A DNA stretch of 64,000 bases from Chloroflexota bacterium (lineage in GTDB: Bacteria; Chloroflexota; UBA11872; VXOZ01). The DNA lies in assembly GCA_963663275.1 (NCBI GenBank), contig OY760183.1, positions 288,001-352,000 of the forward strand. Reading direction: 5' to 3'. The position numbers and the translations under genes are program-made. Within the stretch, counting starts at the first letter, position 1; each line of letters opens with the position of its first letter. Below the pieces are notes generated by a model, which was not told the origin of the DNA, did no database searches, and saw only the letters and a program-made list of their open reading frames with translations. This document shows positions 40,501 to 50,247 of this stretch, piece by piece.

Positions 40501-40875
40501 TTACCTTATCGCTACGAGTTTGGCCACTATGCGGTTGGGCGCGCCGGTCAATCCCAGGCGCAGGCGCTCCCGCACCCGGTATTTGCGCGCGCCGGCCACC
40601 GCGCTGCTGTCCGGCGTGTCGGCAATCGCCACCACGTCGTCCAGGTCTACGTCCGGCGCGAACTCCGCCGTGACGTCCGCGCCCTGGCCGCCGGCGGCGT
40701 TGCCCCGGTCCGCTGCGCCCGCGGCGACGTTGCGCTCCTCTTTCCACGTGCACTCCGCCGCCGTATAGACCGTCTTGCCGCCGCTTGCGCTAATCAGCGT
40801 GACCGTGCGCAGCCGCCCCTGGCGAATCTCCTTGCGGTTTGCCGCCACCTGCGCGGCCTGCCTGCTATCCAGCAT
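40501..40875 (-). CDS. Phage-like hypothetical protein (possible head-closure)
   Basis: 124 aa; position after the adaptor gene; coupled to the next gene. Confidence 0.65.
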   Translation of the reverse strand: MLDSRQAAQVAANRKEIRQGRLRTVTLISASGGKTVYTAAECTWKEERNVAAGAADRGNAAGGQGADVTAEFAPDVDLDDVVAIADTPDSSAVAGARKYRVRERLRLGLTGAPNRIVAKLVAIR

Positions 40876-41538
40876 CGTTCTCTGCCCCTGCCTTTCCTGC
40901 GTTGCTGTGTGACGTTTCTTCGATTTACCGGCCAGCGCCGTAGTCCGGTTAGGAAGAGACGGCATGGAGAACGCCGGAAACCGCCGCGGCCATGCGCACA
41001 GACCACCGGCGCACCGCCGTTCCCCCACAAACGCCCGTTCACCCCCCGTAGGGGCGGTTCGCGAACCGCCCCTACGCCGTTAGCGTATGTCTGAATCCCA
41101 CTCCGGTAACGCCGGTTTCAATCCCGCGCCGTTAGCGTAATTCTGAATCCCACGCCGGTAGCGTAGTTTTGAATGCCGCGCCTCCGGTAGCGTAGATTTG
41201 AATCCCACTCCGGTAGCGTAGGTTTGTAACCTGCGCTGCGCCGGCCGGCGGCGGGACGGCACACGCGAGTATCCGGCGGCGGGGGACAAGCCCCCGCGCT
41301 ACGTTAGGGCGACAGCGTTGGCGATTGCCCACGCCCCGACCGTGCCGCATCCAGCAGAGCCGGCTCGCTGTCGTTCCAAACGCAGCGCAACCGCCTCCTC
41401 CCTGTCATTCCGAACGTAGCGGAGCGAAGTGAGGAATCTAGAATCCCCCGACCATCAATCCTTCCTACGCGGGACTCTAGATTCCTCGCTCCACTCGGAA
41501 TGGCAATCTGACAGCGCGTTACCTGAAACCTGCGCCAC

Positions 41539-42207
41539 TCAACGCCCCGCGTCGTTATCCTCCACCGTCCACGCCACGCTGCCCCGGGTCTGGTGCGCTC
41601 TTTCCTGCCGCAGGGCCGCAACCGCTTTCTCGAACGCCTCCCGCGCGTCCATGCCCTTGCGCCACCACGCCTCGCTCACCATGCTCGTATCCACGCCCGC
41701 GCCCTGCTGGCCGTCCTGGTAGCGGAAGTTATCGGACTTGGGGGTGGCGTAGGCCAGGCAGGCGAAAGCGTACGCGCCGGTGGTCAGCAAGCCGGTGTGG
41801 GCGTCCGGCAGCGTCCATTGGCTCTCGCTGGCGGCGTGTTTCGCGCCCCAGCGCACGCGCACCGGTTCCGCCGCGCCGGGCGCTTCCGGCACCAGCAGAA
41901 AGACGAACCCCGGCGCGCCGTTGCTCGTGGGCAGCGCCATGAACGTGCAAAGCTGCGGCGGATAACGCCCTGTGGGCCACTCCACCTCCTCCACGCTCCA
42001 CACGCCCGTGAGAGTGCTCAGGTCCACCAGGCGCGAGTCGGCGCTGGTGGTCAGGGTAGCGTCGCGCGTCCAGGGGGCGGCCCGGGAGAGTTCGGTCAGG
42101 GCGCGGTCGATGGCGTGATCCAGGTCCGCGTCGCTGAAGCGCGCCTCGGCCCCGGCCGGATCGAACAGTTCGCTGCGCAACGCGCCGCGAAATTCGCTCA
42201 GTGTCAT
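41539..42207 (-). CDS. Putative head-tail adaptor
   Basis: FSDADLDHAIDRAL helical N-terminus; directly after the capsid gene. Confidence 0.7.
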   Translation of the reverse strand: MTLSEFRGALRSELFDPAGAEARFSDADLDHAIDRALTELSRAAPWTRDATLTTSADSRLVDLSTLTGVWSVEEVEWPTGRYPPQLCTFMALPTSNGAPGFVFLLVPEAPGAAEPVRVRWGAKHAASESQWTLPDAHTGLLTTGAYAFACLAYATPKSDNFRYQDGQQGAGVDTSMVSEAWWRKGMDAREAFEKAVAALRQERAHQTRGSVAWTVEDNDAGR

Positions 42208-42456
42208 AGATGTTCCTTCCATTGACTGCTACGTGAAGCACGTTCGTGAAGTGTGTTCGCGAAGCGCGCTTGGAATGCCCGGCCCAAAGCGGCGGCACAA
42301 CGCCGCGCCTCTCACCGCAACCGGCGCCGTGTAGGGGCACGACATGTCGTGCCCCTACACGGCGTCCCCTCACCCCGGCCCTCTCCCCAGGGAGAGGGGG
42401 CTAACAAAACGCCTGGCGTGTTTGCCCTCTTCCCAGGGAGAGGGTGTCAATAGGCC

Positions 42457-44451
42457 TTACGCCACCTCCGCCCAGTACGCGCCCCGGTAGTCCAGCCAGC
42501 CGCCGCCGAACTCCCAGCGCACCTTGTAGCTGATCGCGTCGTTGGTGAAGACCGAGCCCGCGGTCGGGTTATCCTGCACCAGCAGTTCCGGCGTCTCCTG
42601 GCCGTTGATGAAGCCCACCTCCAGGCACTCGCTCTGCGCCGGATCCGCCATCAGGTAGTAGTCCTTGGCGTCGCTGAACTGCGGCACGACAATCGGCTCC
42701 AACATGCCTTGCAGCGGATTAGCGTCGTTGTTCTGGCTGCCGGGCAGCAGCGTGCTGTTCAGGATCGTCACCGCCGTCCAGTACAGATCCGGCGGCAGCA
42801 GCAGGTAGCGCGGCTTGAGGCCCAGGCGCTTGCCCGCGCTGTTGGTCTGCTTCATCATCTGCGTGATCGCGGCTTGCAGCGACGCGGCCGACAGCGCGGC
42901 CGTGCCGCGATTCTTGTGCGCGGTCTGGCTGCCGTCGTCGAAGACTTTGCTGGTGTCCGCCAGCGTGGGATTGCCGGTGAAGAGGCCGTAGACGAACTCA
43001 TTGATCGTCGTGGCGGCGGCGATCGCCAGCTTGGTGGGAATGCGCCGCACCGCTTCCAGATCGTCGTTCAGGATCGCCTCGCGGGTGACCACCACCAGGT
43101 TGCCGCGCTTGGCCGGGGTGTAGGTCTCGCGCGTATCGTCCCACGCCAGGTTCGTGTACGCCGCGTTCTCGTTCACCGTGCCCAGCGCGCCGAAGTCGTG
43201 CAGCAGCACCCGGTACTGGGGCTTGTAGTCGCGGATGGCGCGGATCGCGCAGAGCTTCTTCCAGTCCTGCGGCTGCGCGCCGTAGTCCTGCACCAGGCGC
43301 TTGCTGATGGCGTTGGCGAGAGCGTGGTTGAGCACGCTGGTGGTAACCTCGTTGGCCTCGCGCACCAGCGAGAGTTCCGGCCGCATCGCGCCCCGGATTT
43401 CGGCGTCGCCGGTGATCTGCACGTAGGCCTCGCGGATGCTGGACCAGGCGGGTACCGGCTCGTCGGCGGCCACGTCCCGCACGCCCAGCAGGCGCGCCAG
43501 ACCGGCCTCGATCGCGGCCAGGCCCCGCTCGGCGCCCGCCGCGCCCATGCTGACCCGCGTCTTCTCCGCGCCCGCGCCGCGCACGCCGTTGGCGGAACCG
43601 GTCAAGGCGCGCACGGTCTCCACCTCGTCCTGGACGGCCTGCTCCAACACCTCGGTGGTAAAGGTCTGCCCCGCGAAGCGGCGGCGCAACTTGCGCGTGA
43701 GCGCCGCCGGCAAGGCCGCGCTCTCCAGCCGCTCGTTCAGGGTCGTCATGCACGCCAGCTTGGCCTCGGCTTCGGCCAGGCGCGCGTCGGTCGTCTGCGT
43801 GGTCGTGTCTTCCATCTGTACCTCCTCGGTATGGGGTGTGTCCGCGGTCTCCGCCCCGGCGTGGGGGCGGTCGTTGCCGGTCTCGGCTCGTTGGTCTGCT
43901 TGCATAAACTCCTCCTTGGCTGTATCGAGAATCTCCCGCGCTTCCAAAATATGCTCGAACGCGCCGCCGGCCGCGGCCCGGGTAACCACGTCGCAGGAGC
44001 GCAGCGCCGGGATGTTCTCCACCACCTGCACAGTCTTGCCGTCCCGCCGCTGGGCGCGCACCGACGCCAGCGAGTCGATCGAAAGACCCAACACGTCGGG
44101 CCGTCCCATCTCCACGGCCTCTTGCACCAGGCTCCAGAGCCAGCCGGCGCTGCTGAAGATGTGGAGCACGGCCCGCACGCGGTCGCCCTCCAGCCGGGGT
44201 TCGCGGTAGAACCCCACCACGTCGCGCACGCTGCGGGGCGCGCCCGCGCCGTCCGCCGCGGGCGGCGGATGGTCGGCAAAGGCTTTCAGGCCGTCAAGCT
44301 GCGCCGCTACGTCTTGCAACGCCTGGGGCGTGAAGTAGCGGCCGTTGCGCGACATGCCCTGCCGCAGCACGGTCACGGCCACCTCCCGCCGCGGCGCGTC
44401 CAGTTGCGCCTCCCGCAACGGCACCAGCAACGCCAGTTCTGCCGTTTTCAC
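42457..44451 (-). CDS. Prohead protease/scaffold-major capsid fusion (Mu gpT-like C-terminus)
   Basis: GMSRNGRYF, LGLSI, CDVVTRAAAGG protease-like motifs; TREAILNDDL, PRYLLLPPDL, YKVRWEFGGGWLDYRG capsid motifs. Confidence 0.88.
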   Translation of the reverse strand: MKTAELALLVPLREAQLDAPRREVAVTVLRQGMSRNGRYFTPQALQDVAAQLDGLKAFADHPPPAADGAGAPRSVRDVVGFYREPRLEGDRVRAVLHIFSSAGWLWSLVQEAVEMGRPDVLGLSIDSLASVRAQRRDGKTVQVVENIPALRSCDVVTRAAAGGAFEHILEAREILDTAKEEFMQADQRAETGNDRPHAGAETADTPHTEEVQMEDTTTQTTDARLAEAEAKLACMTTLNERLESAALPAALTRKLRRRFAGQTFTTEVLEQAVQDEVETVRALTGSANGVRGAGAEKTRVSMGAAGAERGLAAIEAGLARLLGVRDVAADEPVPAWSSIREAYVQITGDAEIRGAMRPELSLVREANEVTTSVLNHALANAISKRLVQDYGAQPQDWKKLCAIRAIRDYKPQYRVLLHDFGALGTVNENAAYTNLAWDDTRETYTPAKRGNLVVVTREAILNDDLEAVRRIPTKLAIAAATTINEFVYGLFTGNPTLADTSKVFDDGSQTAHKNRGTAALSAASLQAAITQMMKQTNSAGKRLGLKPRYLLLPPDLYWTAVTILNSTLLPGSQNNDANPLQGMLEPIVVPQFSDAKDYYLMADPAQSECLEVGFINGQETPELLVQDNPTAGSVFTNDAISYKVRWEFGGGWLDYRGAYWAEVA

Positions 44452-44471
44452 TGCATAATCCTCCCTTCGAT

Positions 44472-44543
44472 ACCTGTACGTCGCACGATGTCTGTGCGAC
44501 GTACCATATCTGTGTGTCGTACTACACCTGTGCGTCGTACACT
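44472..44543. repeat. 18-bp degenerate tandem repeat x4 with an 11-bp hairpin upstream of the capsid gene
   Basis: Units resemble ACCTGTGCGTCGTACnnn; GTACGTCGCAC/GTGCGACGTAC at 44476-44504. Confidence 0.8.
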
Positions 44544-44706
44544 TTCATGCGGCGTCAATCCGGTAGCGCAGGTTTGTAACCTGCGTCCGCCGCCGTTTCC
44601 CGTAGCGCGGGGGCTTGTCCCCCGCAACGAAAACCCCCGTATGGCGGTCTGGCCTGCGCCGGTCCGGCGAAGATTCGCCCTCACCCTAACCCTCTCCCCC
44701 AGGAGA

Positions 44707-44857
44707 GGCCGACAGGGGTATGTAAATGTCATTCCGAGCGGAGCGAGGAATCTAGAAATGGTGATCTTGCAGGGCTGTGCTTTAGATTCCTCACTTCGCT
44801 CCGCTCCGTTCGGAATGACAAGTGATGTCGATTTTGGAGTACATACCTCTGTCAGCC
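44707..44857. mobile_element. Inner-type MITE in a REP hairpin
   Basis: GGCCGAC...GTCAGCC flanked by CAGGAGA direct repeats. Confidence 0.82.
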
Positions 44858-44924
44858 CAGGAGAGGGAACCTGAGGCCGTCCCCCGCCAGAGGCAACCTG
44901 CGCCGAATTGGTACAATAGCAACC

Positions 44925-45506
44925 ATGAACCAACCCAGACCGCCCGCCGCTGCCGTCTCGCTGACCGTCGTCGTCGCGCCCTCCCAGGCCGGCGGCTACT
45001 GGGCGGAGTTGCCGGCGCTCCCCGGCTGCGCCGCCCAGGGCGACACCGTTGACGCCGTGCTCACCGACCTCACGATGGCGGCGGAGATGTTCCTGGCCCA
45101 GGAAGCGCCGCCCGACGATACGCTCACGCTGCGCACCGTCACCGTTGACGTGGGCGGCGCCGCGTACCGCCTGCCGGCCGTCTGCTGGCGCGGCGGACAG
45201 CGCGTCAACGCCGTTGCCATTCCGCTCCACGACCGGGTGGCGCGCGGCGAAACCCCGGAACACGCCCTGGCGCAACTCCGCGCGCTGCTGCCGGCCTGGA
45301 TCGCCGCCGACCTGAGCGAAGGTGAGTCCGTGCCGGCGGTCGTCGTGGCCGATACCGCCACCATCCGCCCCCGCGTAGGCCAAGCCACCGGCGCGCCCGT
45401 CTCCCAGGCCGAGGCCCTCAAGCCCGAAGTCGTCCTGGTGCTCCTCCGCGCCGCCGGCATGACCAAAGACCAACTCAGCGAGATGCTGGACTACGACCCG
45501 GATTGA
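44925..45506 (+). CDS. Tandem HicB-like domain protein
   Basis: GGYWAELPALPGCAAQGDT and a second ARGETPEHAL domain. TGgTACAAT lies 7 bp before the ATG (leaderless?). Confidence 0.75.
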   Translation: MNQPRPPAAAVSLTVVVAPSQAGGYWAELPALPGCAAQGDTVDAVLTDLTMAAEMFLAQEAPPDDTLTLRTVTVDVGGAAYRLPAVCWRGGQRVNAVAIPLHDRVARGETPEHALAQLRALLPAWIAADLSEGESVPAVVVADTATIRPRVGQATGAPVSQAEALKPEVVLVLLRAAGMTKDQLSEMLDYDPD

Positions 45507-45822
45507 CCGCGTCCGCCTTCCAATCCCCTCTCCCTCGAGGGAAAAGGCTAGCCGCCGCGTCCACGTCCGCCTTCCAGTCCCCTCTCCCTTGAGGGAGAGG
45601 GTTAGGGTGAGGGTGTCCCTCTTCACTCGTTCCCCATCCGCTCGGACAATCCCCTCTCCATCGCAGGCGCAATTTAGCCCCAGCCACCGCGACCGCCCTC
45701 CAGTCCCCTCTCCCTCGAGGCAAATGGTTAGCCGCCGCGTCCGCATTCGCCTTCCAGTCCCCTCTCCCTCGAGGGAGAGGGTTAGGGTGAGGGTGAGGGC
45801 ATGGAATCGTCCGCGCATCCCG

Positions 45823-47079
45823 TTACTCCTCCTCAGCCAGGAAGCGCCGGAAGAGGCGCGCGGCGTCCTCCGTTTCCAACCAGCCCTCCGACCGGGCCAA
45901 TTGCAGCGAGCGCGCGAACGATTCCGCGTGCGGCCCCGCCACGTGGGCCACGTCCGGCTGGAGTTCCTGGAAGACCACGCGAAAAGACGGGTCAACGTCC
46001 GCCGCCAGCGCGCCGGCCTCCTGCTTGGCCTGAATCGCCCGCGCCACCAAGCGGCGCAGGTAGCGGCCAAGCAACTCCTGGCGGCGTTGGAAGCGCCGCA
46101 GCGTCGGCAGGCCCATCTCGGCCGCCGTCGCCCGGTTCACGTGCCCGCCTTCCGCCAGATAGTGCTCCGGCAGACCCGCGCCGGCCGCGATCATCAGCTT
46201 GAGCGCGCGCCCGTCCGCGGCCACGTCGTCGGCGCCAATCGAGGGCTGCACCGGCTGCCAGGTCTCGGCCTCGTTGTGGAAGACCACCGTGCCCGGCGCG
46301 GGCGGTTGGGCGTAGGCGGCCATCTTGGCCAGCAGGTCGTTGCGCGTCGCGCCGCGCACGGTCACGTCGTAGACGAAACTGCCTTTGAGACGGTTGATGC
46401 GGGCGCGGTCGACGAGCCAATCCCGGTACCGCTTCAGCCACGGCAAGAGCGGCGCCAGGTCGCTGCGCCCCCGCAGGGCGTTGGAGACGCGATTGATGGT
46501 AAAGTGCTCCATCTCCGCCGCCGCTACCCAGTAGCCCGGCTCCGCGCCCACACCCCGCACCCGGTAGCGCAACGCGCGCTCGATGTCTTCCGGCGCGGTT
46601 TCAATCTGATCGATAAGCAGCGGATCGAGTTGACGCAAACGTATCTCGCCGGTGAGCGGATCGGTGAACACCCGCACGAACTGCTCGCCGTAGAGCGCCA
46701 GCTCGGTGTAGAGACTGTAGACGCGGGTGTCCATGGCGTTATCCGGGTGCTGCCAGAAGGCGTCCACCGCCTCCTGCGCCGCCGGACTGGCGCACGCGAT
46801 GCGCACGCCGCCGCCAAGCACGAAATTGACCTGCACGTCGATCACGGCGTAGGCCAACGGATTGGTGACGTACGCCTCGTAGACCTCGCGCAGCAAACGC
46901 TGGTGGTCCCACAAGGGATCGTCCCGCGTCTCCGCCGCGCCGGCGGCCTGCCGGTAACCGACGTCCTCCGCCGCCACCGCCTCCTGCACCCGCGCCTGGA
47001 TTACGTCGCCAAAGAGACGCTCGCCCAAACGCTGCCACCACTGTCTCGTCTGTATCGCCTGTCTCGTCTGCATCGTCAT
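45823..47079 (-). CDS. Phage portal protein
   Basis: YVTNPLAYAVID, LYGEQF, RGRSDL, NRATA; located between terL and capsid. Confidence 0.85.
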   Translation of the reverse strand: MTMQTRQAIQTRQWWQRLGERLFGDVIQARVQEAVAAEDVGYRQAAGAAETRDDPLWDHQRLLREVYEAYVTNPLAYAVIDVQVNFVLGGGVRIACASPAAQEAVDAFWQHPDNAMDTRVYSLYTELALYGEQFVRVFTDPLTGEIRLRQLDPLLIDQIETAPEDIERALRYRVRGVGAEPGYWVAAAEMEHFTINRVSNALRGRSDLAPLLPWLKRYRDWLVDRARINRLKGSFVYDVTVRGATRNDLLAKMAAYAQPPAPGTVVFHNEAETWQPVQPSIGADDVAADGRALKLMIAAGAGLPEHYLAEGGHVNRATAAEMGLPTLRRFQRRQELLGRYLRRLVARAIQAKQEAGALAADVDPSFRVVFQELQPDVAHVAGPHAESFARSLQLARSEGWLETEDAARLFRRFLAEEE

Positions 47080-47617
47080 CTCGCTCGCTTTCTCTGAGTT
47101 CAAATACCTCAGGCGTTTCACGCCGTCATTCCCGCGCGCAAACCGGGATATCCGTCATTCCCGTGAAAACGGGAATCCATCTTCTCTTCCGGAGCCGCCA
47201 TTCCACCCCATGCGGGGGACAAGCCCCCGCGCTACGTGTCCGCCACTCCGGTAGCGCAGGTTTGTAACTGCGTCCGCCTGCCTGCCTCCGGTAGCGTAGG
47301 TTTTCAACCTGCGCTCGCGGCCCACCATTCCCGCACATGGCCGCATTCCATCCCCCGTAGGGGCGGTTCGCGAACCGCCCCTACCGCCTCACCCCTTGCG
47401 GGGGACAAGCCCCCGCGCTACGTCCCTTCCACCCTTCCGGTTCCTATCTCTCTTGCCGCTCGCCCTTTCTTGCCGTTCACCCTGAGCCAGTCGAAGGGCA
47501 TCCGTTCATGGTTCGACAGGCTCACCACGAACGGACGCGCGAACGCGGTCCTGCCTACCTCCGGTAGCGCAGGTTTGTAACCTGCGTCCCCGCCCGCGCT
47601 ACGGCGGGGCGGCGCAT

Positions 47618-49171
47618 CTAATACCCCTCCGTGTGCGCCTCTGGCGGCGGCAGCGCCACCGACGCCGCCGGCGGGGCGCCGCCCTCCGCTGCGCGCGTCA
47701 GCAGGGCCAGGGCCGACACGTAATCGTCGTGCCCCTGGCCGGACGGCACGTGAAACGAAATGCGCTGGCCCGGATGCAGCGTCAACCGGCAGCGCCGAAC
47801 CTGAAGCCGGCACTCCCGGTATTCCGGCGAGCGGTCGTCGGCCCACACTTGCAGGCGTCCGCCGCTCACCAGAGCGCGCAGGTCGTAGCCCAGGGCGCTC
47901 TTGGATTGCGCCGTGAACGTAAACGGCTCCACGCGCTCGCGGCCCAGGCGCGCTTGCAGGAAACGCGCCAGCGCGTCGCCCAGGCCGGTGGCGTCGATGA
48001 TTGCCCGTTGGACGCGCCATTCTTTGCCCAGCAGGCGCGCCAGGCGGGCGTACTGCTCGGTGGTGGGCAGGCCGGTCCACTGGTAGGCGTTCACGATCTC
48101 AATCGCGGGCAGGGCGAACCCCAGCGCCGGGTCGTGCCGCCAGACCCGCTCGCCGATCAAGACCACCGTGCTATCGCGCCGCGTGTTGGCGCCGCATTGC
48201 GCCGGAGCGGTCTCTTCACCCGCCACGTCCACCGCCGCCACGTAGTGCGCGTCCGAGCGCGGTTCGCGCTGGCGGGGGTGGCCGCCTTGCAGCGCCGCTT
48301 GCAGTTCCGGCGTGAAGAAGCCGGTGGCGTCGTCCACCTCTTCCAGGCAGTACTGGGTGCGGATGACCAGGTCGTCCTCCCCGCGCTGGCGAATCTGCGC
48401 CGCGACCGCCTTGCCATATTGCGGATTGGCCTTCGCCCCCGTTTGCCAGGGATATGAAAAATGCCGCCGTTCGCCGGTCTTTTCTTCATGCGCCAGGTTC
48501 AGCGCCTTGTATTTGGCGAGCAGCGTATCCTGCGTCCACGGCGTGCCGTAGAGCACGATGGTGGCGTTCTGCGCCGCCGCCATGGGCAGGAACTCTTTGG
48601 CGAATTTCTCCTCGTCCACGTCCTGGGCTTCATCCACTTCCAGCAGCAGGTCGGCGGTAGCGCCCACCACGTTGGATTGCTCGTGGGCGGAAAGGAACAT
48701 CACCCGCGCCTTGCCGACCGCGATCATGCTGCCGTGCATGCGCCGCCAGTGCGGCGCCAGCCAGGGACGGTCCAGCACCGCTTCCAGACGCATGCGCGAG
48801 ATGAGCGTCTGCGGCGTGAGCGTGGGCGCGCACTTGACGATCGTGCCGCCGCGCCGCTGGTGGCGGTAGAGCAGGTAGGCTTCCAAGTGGGCCGATAGCT
48901 CGTTCTTGCCCATCTGCCGCGCCATTTCCACGGTGAAGACCGCGCCCGCGCGCCGCCGCGCGCTGCCCAGCACCGCCCGCGCCACCGCAAGCTGATAGGA
49001 ACGCAGCGGCCGCCCCACGAGCACCCGCGAAAAATGCGCGATGTCGTTGAGCGTGTAGCGAAAGAAGGCGCGGGCCAGCGCGTCCCGGTCGTCGCCATAC
49101 AGAACCGGCGACGGGCGGGCGGTCGCGCTCTCCGTGTGATTCTTGTGCGTGTGCGCTGCGTTCGTCTGCAT
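47618..49171 (-). CDS. terL: Terminase large subunit
   Basis: Walker A ARQMGKNE, Walker B LEVDEAQD, nuclease VDVAG, DATGLG, HDDYV. Confidence 0.9.
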   Translation of the reverse strand: MQTNAAHTHKNHTESATARPSPVLYGDDRDALARAFFRYTLNDIAHFSRVLVGRPLRSYQLAVARAVLGSARRRAGAVFTVEMARQMGKNELSAHLEAYLLYRHQRRGGTIVKCAPTLTPQTLISRMRLEAVLDRPWLAPHWRRMHGSMIAVGKARVMFLSAHEQSNVVGATADLLLEVDEAQDVDEEKFAKEFLPMAAAQNATIVLYGTPWTQDTLLAKYKALNLAHEEKTGERRHFSYPWQTGAKANPQYGKAVAAQIRQRGEDDLVIRTQYCLEEVDDATGFFTPELQAALQGGHPRQREPRSDAHYVAAVDVAGEETAPAQCGANTRRDSTVVLIGERVWRHDPALGFALPAIEIVNAYQWTGLPTTEQYARLARLLGKEWRVQRAIIDATGLGDALARFLQARLGRERVEPFTFTAQSKSALGYDLRALVSGGRLQVWADDRSPEYRECRLQVRRCRLTLHPGQRISFHVPSGQGHDDYVSALALLTRAAEGGAPPAASVALPPPEAHTEGY

Positions 49172-49414
49172 CTATTGCCCCGGCACGATGGTCAGCAGGC
49201 TGTTCAGGAAGGCGGCGGCGAACGGCGAGGCGAAGATGCCGATCAGGATCACGTTGATCTTCGCTTCCAGCCGGGCGTAGTCTTCCCGGGTGTTCTCGGC
49301 CAGTTCGCGGGTCACCTGGCCGTAGGCGCAGCCGTGTTGCGCCAGGCGGTCCGCCAGTTCGTGGCAGCGCGCGTCGTGTTTCGGCGGCGTGTGCGTGGGT
49401 GTCTCATTCAGCAT
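49172..49414 (-). CDS. Small coiled-coil plus TM protein (holin/XhlA-like?)
   Basis: YARLEAKIN followed by a hydrophobic C-terminus; translationally coupled on both sides. Confidence 0.6.
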   Translation of the reverse strand: MLNETPTHTPPKHDARCHELADRLAQHGCAYGQVTRELAENTREDYARLEAKINVILIGIFASPFAAAFLNSLLTIVPGQ

Positions 49415-49769
49415 GGGGTTCTGCCTCCGCGTGCTCTTCCTGTTGTTCCCGTGTTTCGATTTCGGCGATCACCTGGCGCATCGCCTCGGTCAGGTTGTCC
49501 TCGGCCCGGGGCGAGAGTTGGGCGCGCGCTTTCAAGGCGTCCAGGAGAATGCCCGTCAGTTCCTTCACCGCCTTGATCTTGTCCGCCGGCGCGCGCTCGT
49601 CGTCATCGGCGCTGAGCAGTTGGGCCGCGATGCGGCGCATGAGCATGCGCAGCAGGCCGATCTCGTCCTGCAGCAGCGGATTGTCCGCCGTGCGCTCCAG
49701 CGCCGCCAACTCCTGCTCGGTGAAGAGGTCGGCGTACAGGCTTGGGGGTGGTTGCTTGCTTTGGGTCAC
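49404..49769 (-). CDS. Putative terminase small subunit
   Basis: Helical LQDEIGLLRMLMRRI protein, first in the operon, upstream of terL. Confidence 0.6.
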   Translation of the reverse strand: MTQSKQPPPSLYADLFTEQELAALERTADNPLLQDEIGLLRMLMRRIAAQLLSADDDERAPADKIKAVKELTGILLDALKARAQLSPRAEDNLTEAMRQVIAEIETREQQEEHAEAEPHAE

Positions 49770-50000
49770 CGCGTTGTTTTCCTTTGCGTCGTGGCTGTGC
49801 GCTTCTCTTTAAAGCAAGAAGCAGTGTTCCGCGCCTTCCCGCTCCCGCCGTCGCCGCCGTCTCCGGTCCGCCGCGCCGCGCGGCTTGCTGCCGGTGTCTT
49901 TGGGAGCGTGGGGATGGCGCTGTGCGGCGCGCGCCCCCGGTTTTGGGGCGTGCATAAAGCTATATTCAAAAAAAATGTAAAAAATGAGGGGTGAAAGGGG

Positions 50001-50029
50001 TTGCAATTTTACGAAGTATTTACTATACT
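50001..50029 (+). promoter_or_regulatory. Sigma70-type promoter for lexA-like gene
   Basis: TTGCAA-N17-TATACT with an A-rich UP-like tract at 49968-49985. Confidence 0.75.
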
Positions 50030-50247
50030 GGAAAAAACGCGGCGGAGAGTCCCGCCTCACCCTCAAGAAAGAAGGCTAGAGCGCGGAGTGCCCTCTCCCT
50101 CGATGGAGCGGGCTAGAGCGCAGGGTTCCCTCTCCATTGATGGAAAGGGCCAGGCCGCCAAGTCCCCTCTCCCTCAAGGGAGAGGGTTAGGGTGAGGGTG
50201 AATCTTCCTCTTAGCGGCATCCGGCGATTTTAGGAAGGAGAACGCAC

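Larger units (their letters stand above)
36756..49769 (-). mobile_element. Phage-derived virion gene cluster, candidate domesticated GTA-like element
   Basis: Co-oriented terS-like, terL, portal, protease-capsid, adaptor and tail-like genes; no integrase or replication genes recognised. Confidence 0.8.

Noticed and set aside
36756-49769. Complete active prophage or encapsulin/contractile injection system
   Set aside because: No integrase, replication, sheath or tube genes; terminase and portal argue against an encapsulin.
49770-49830. Sigma28-like promoter (TAAA-N15) upstream of terS
   Set aside because: The -10 element does not match GCCGATAA; support is too weak.
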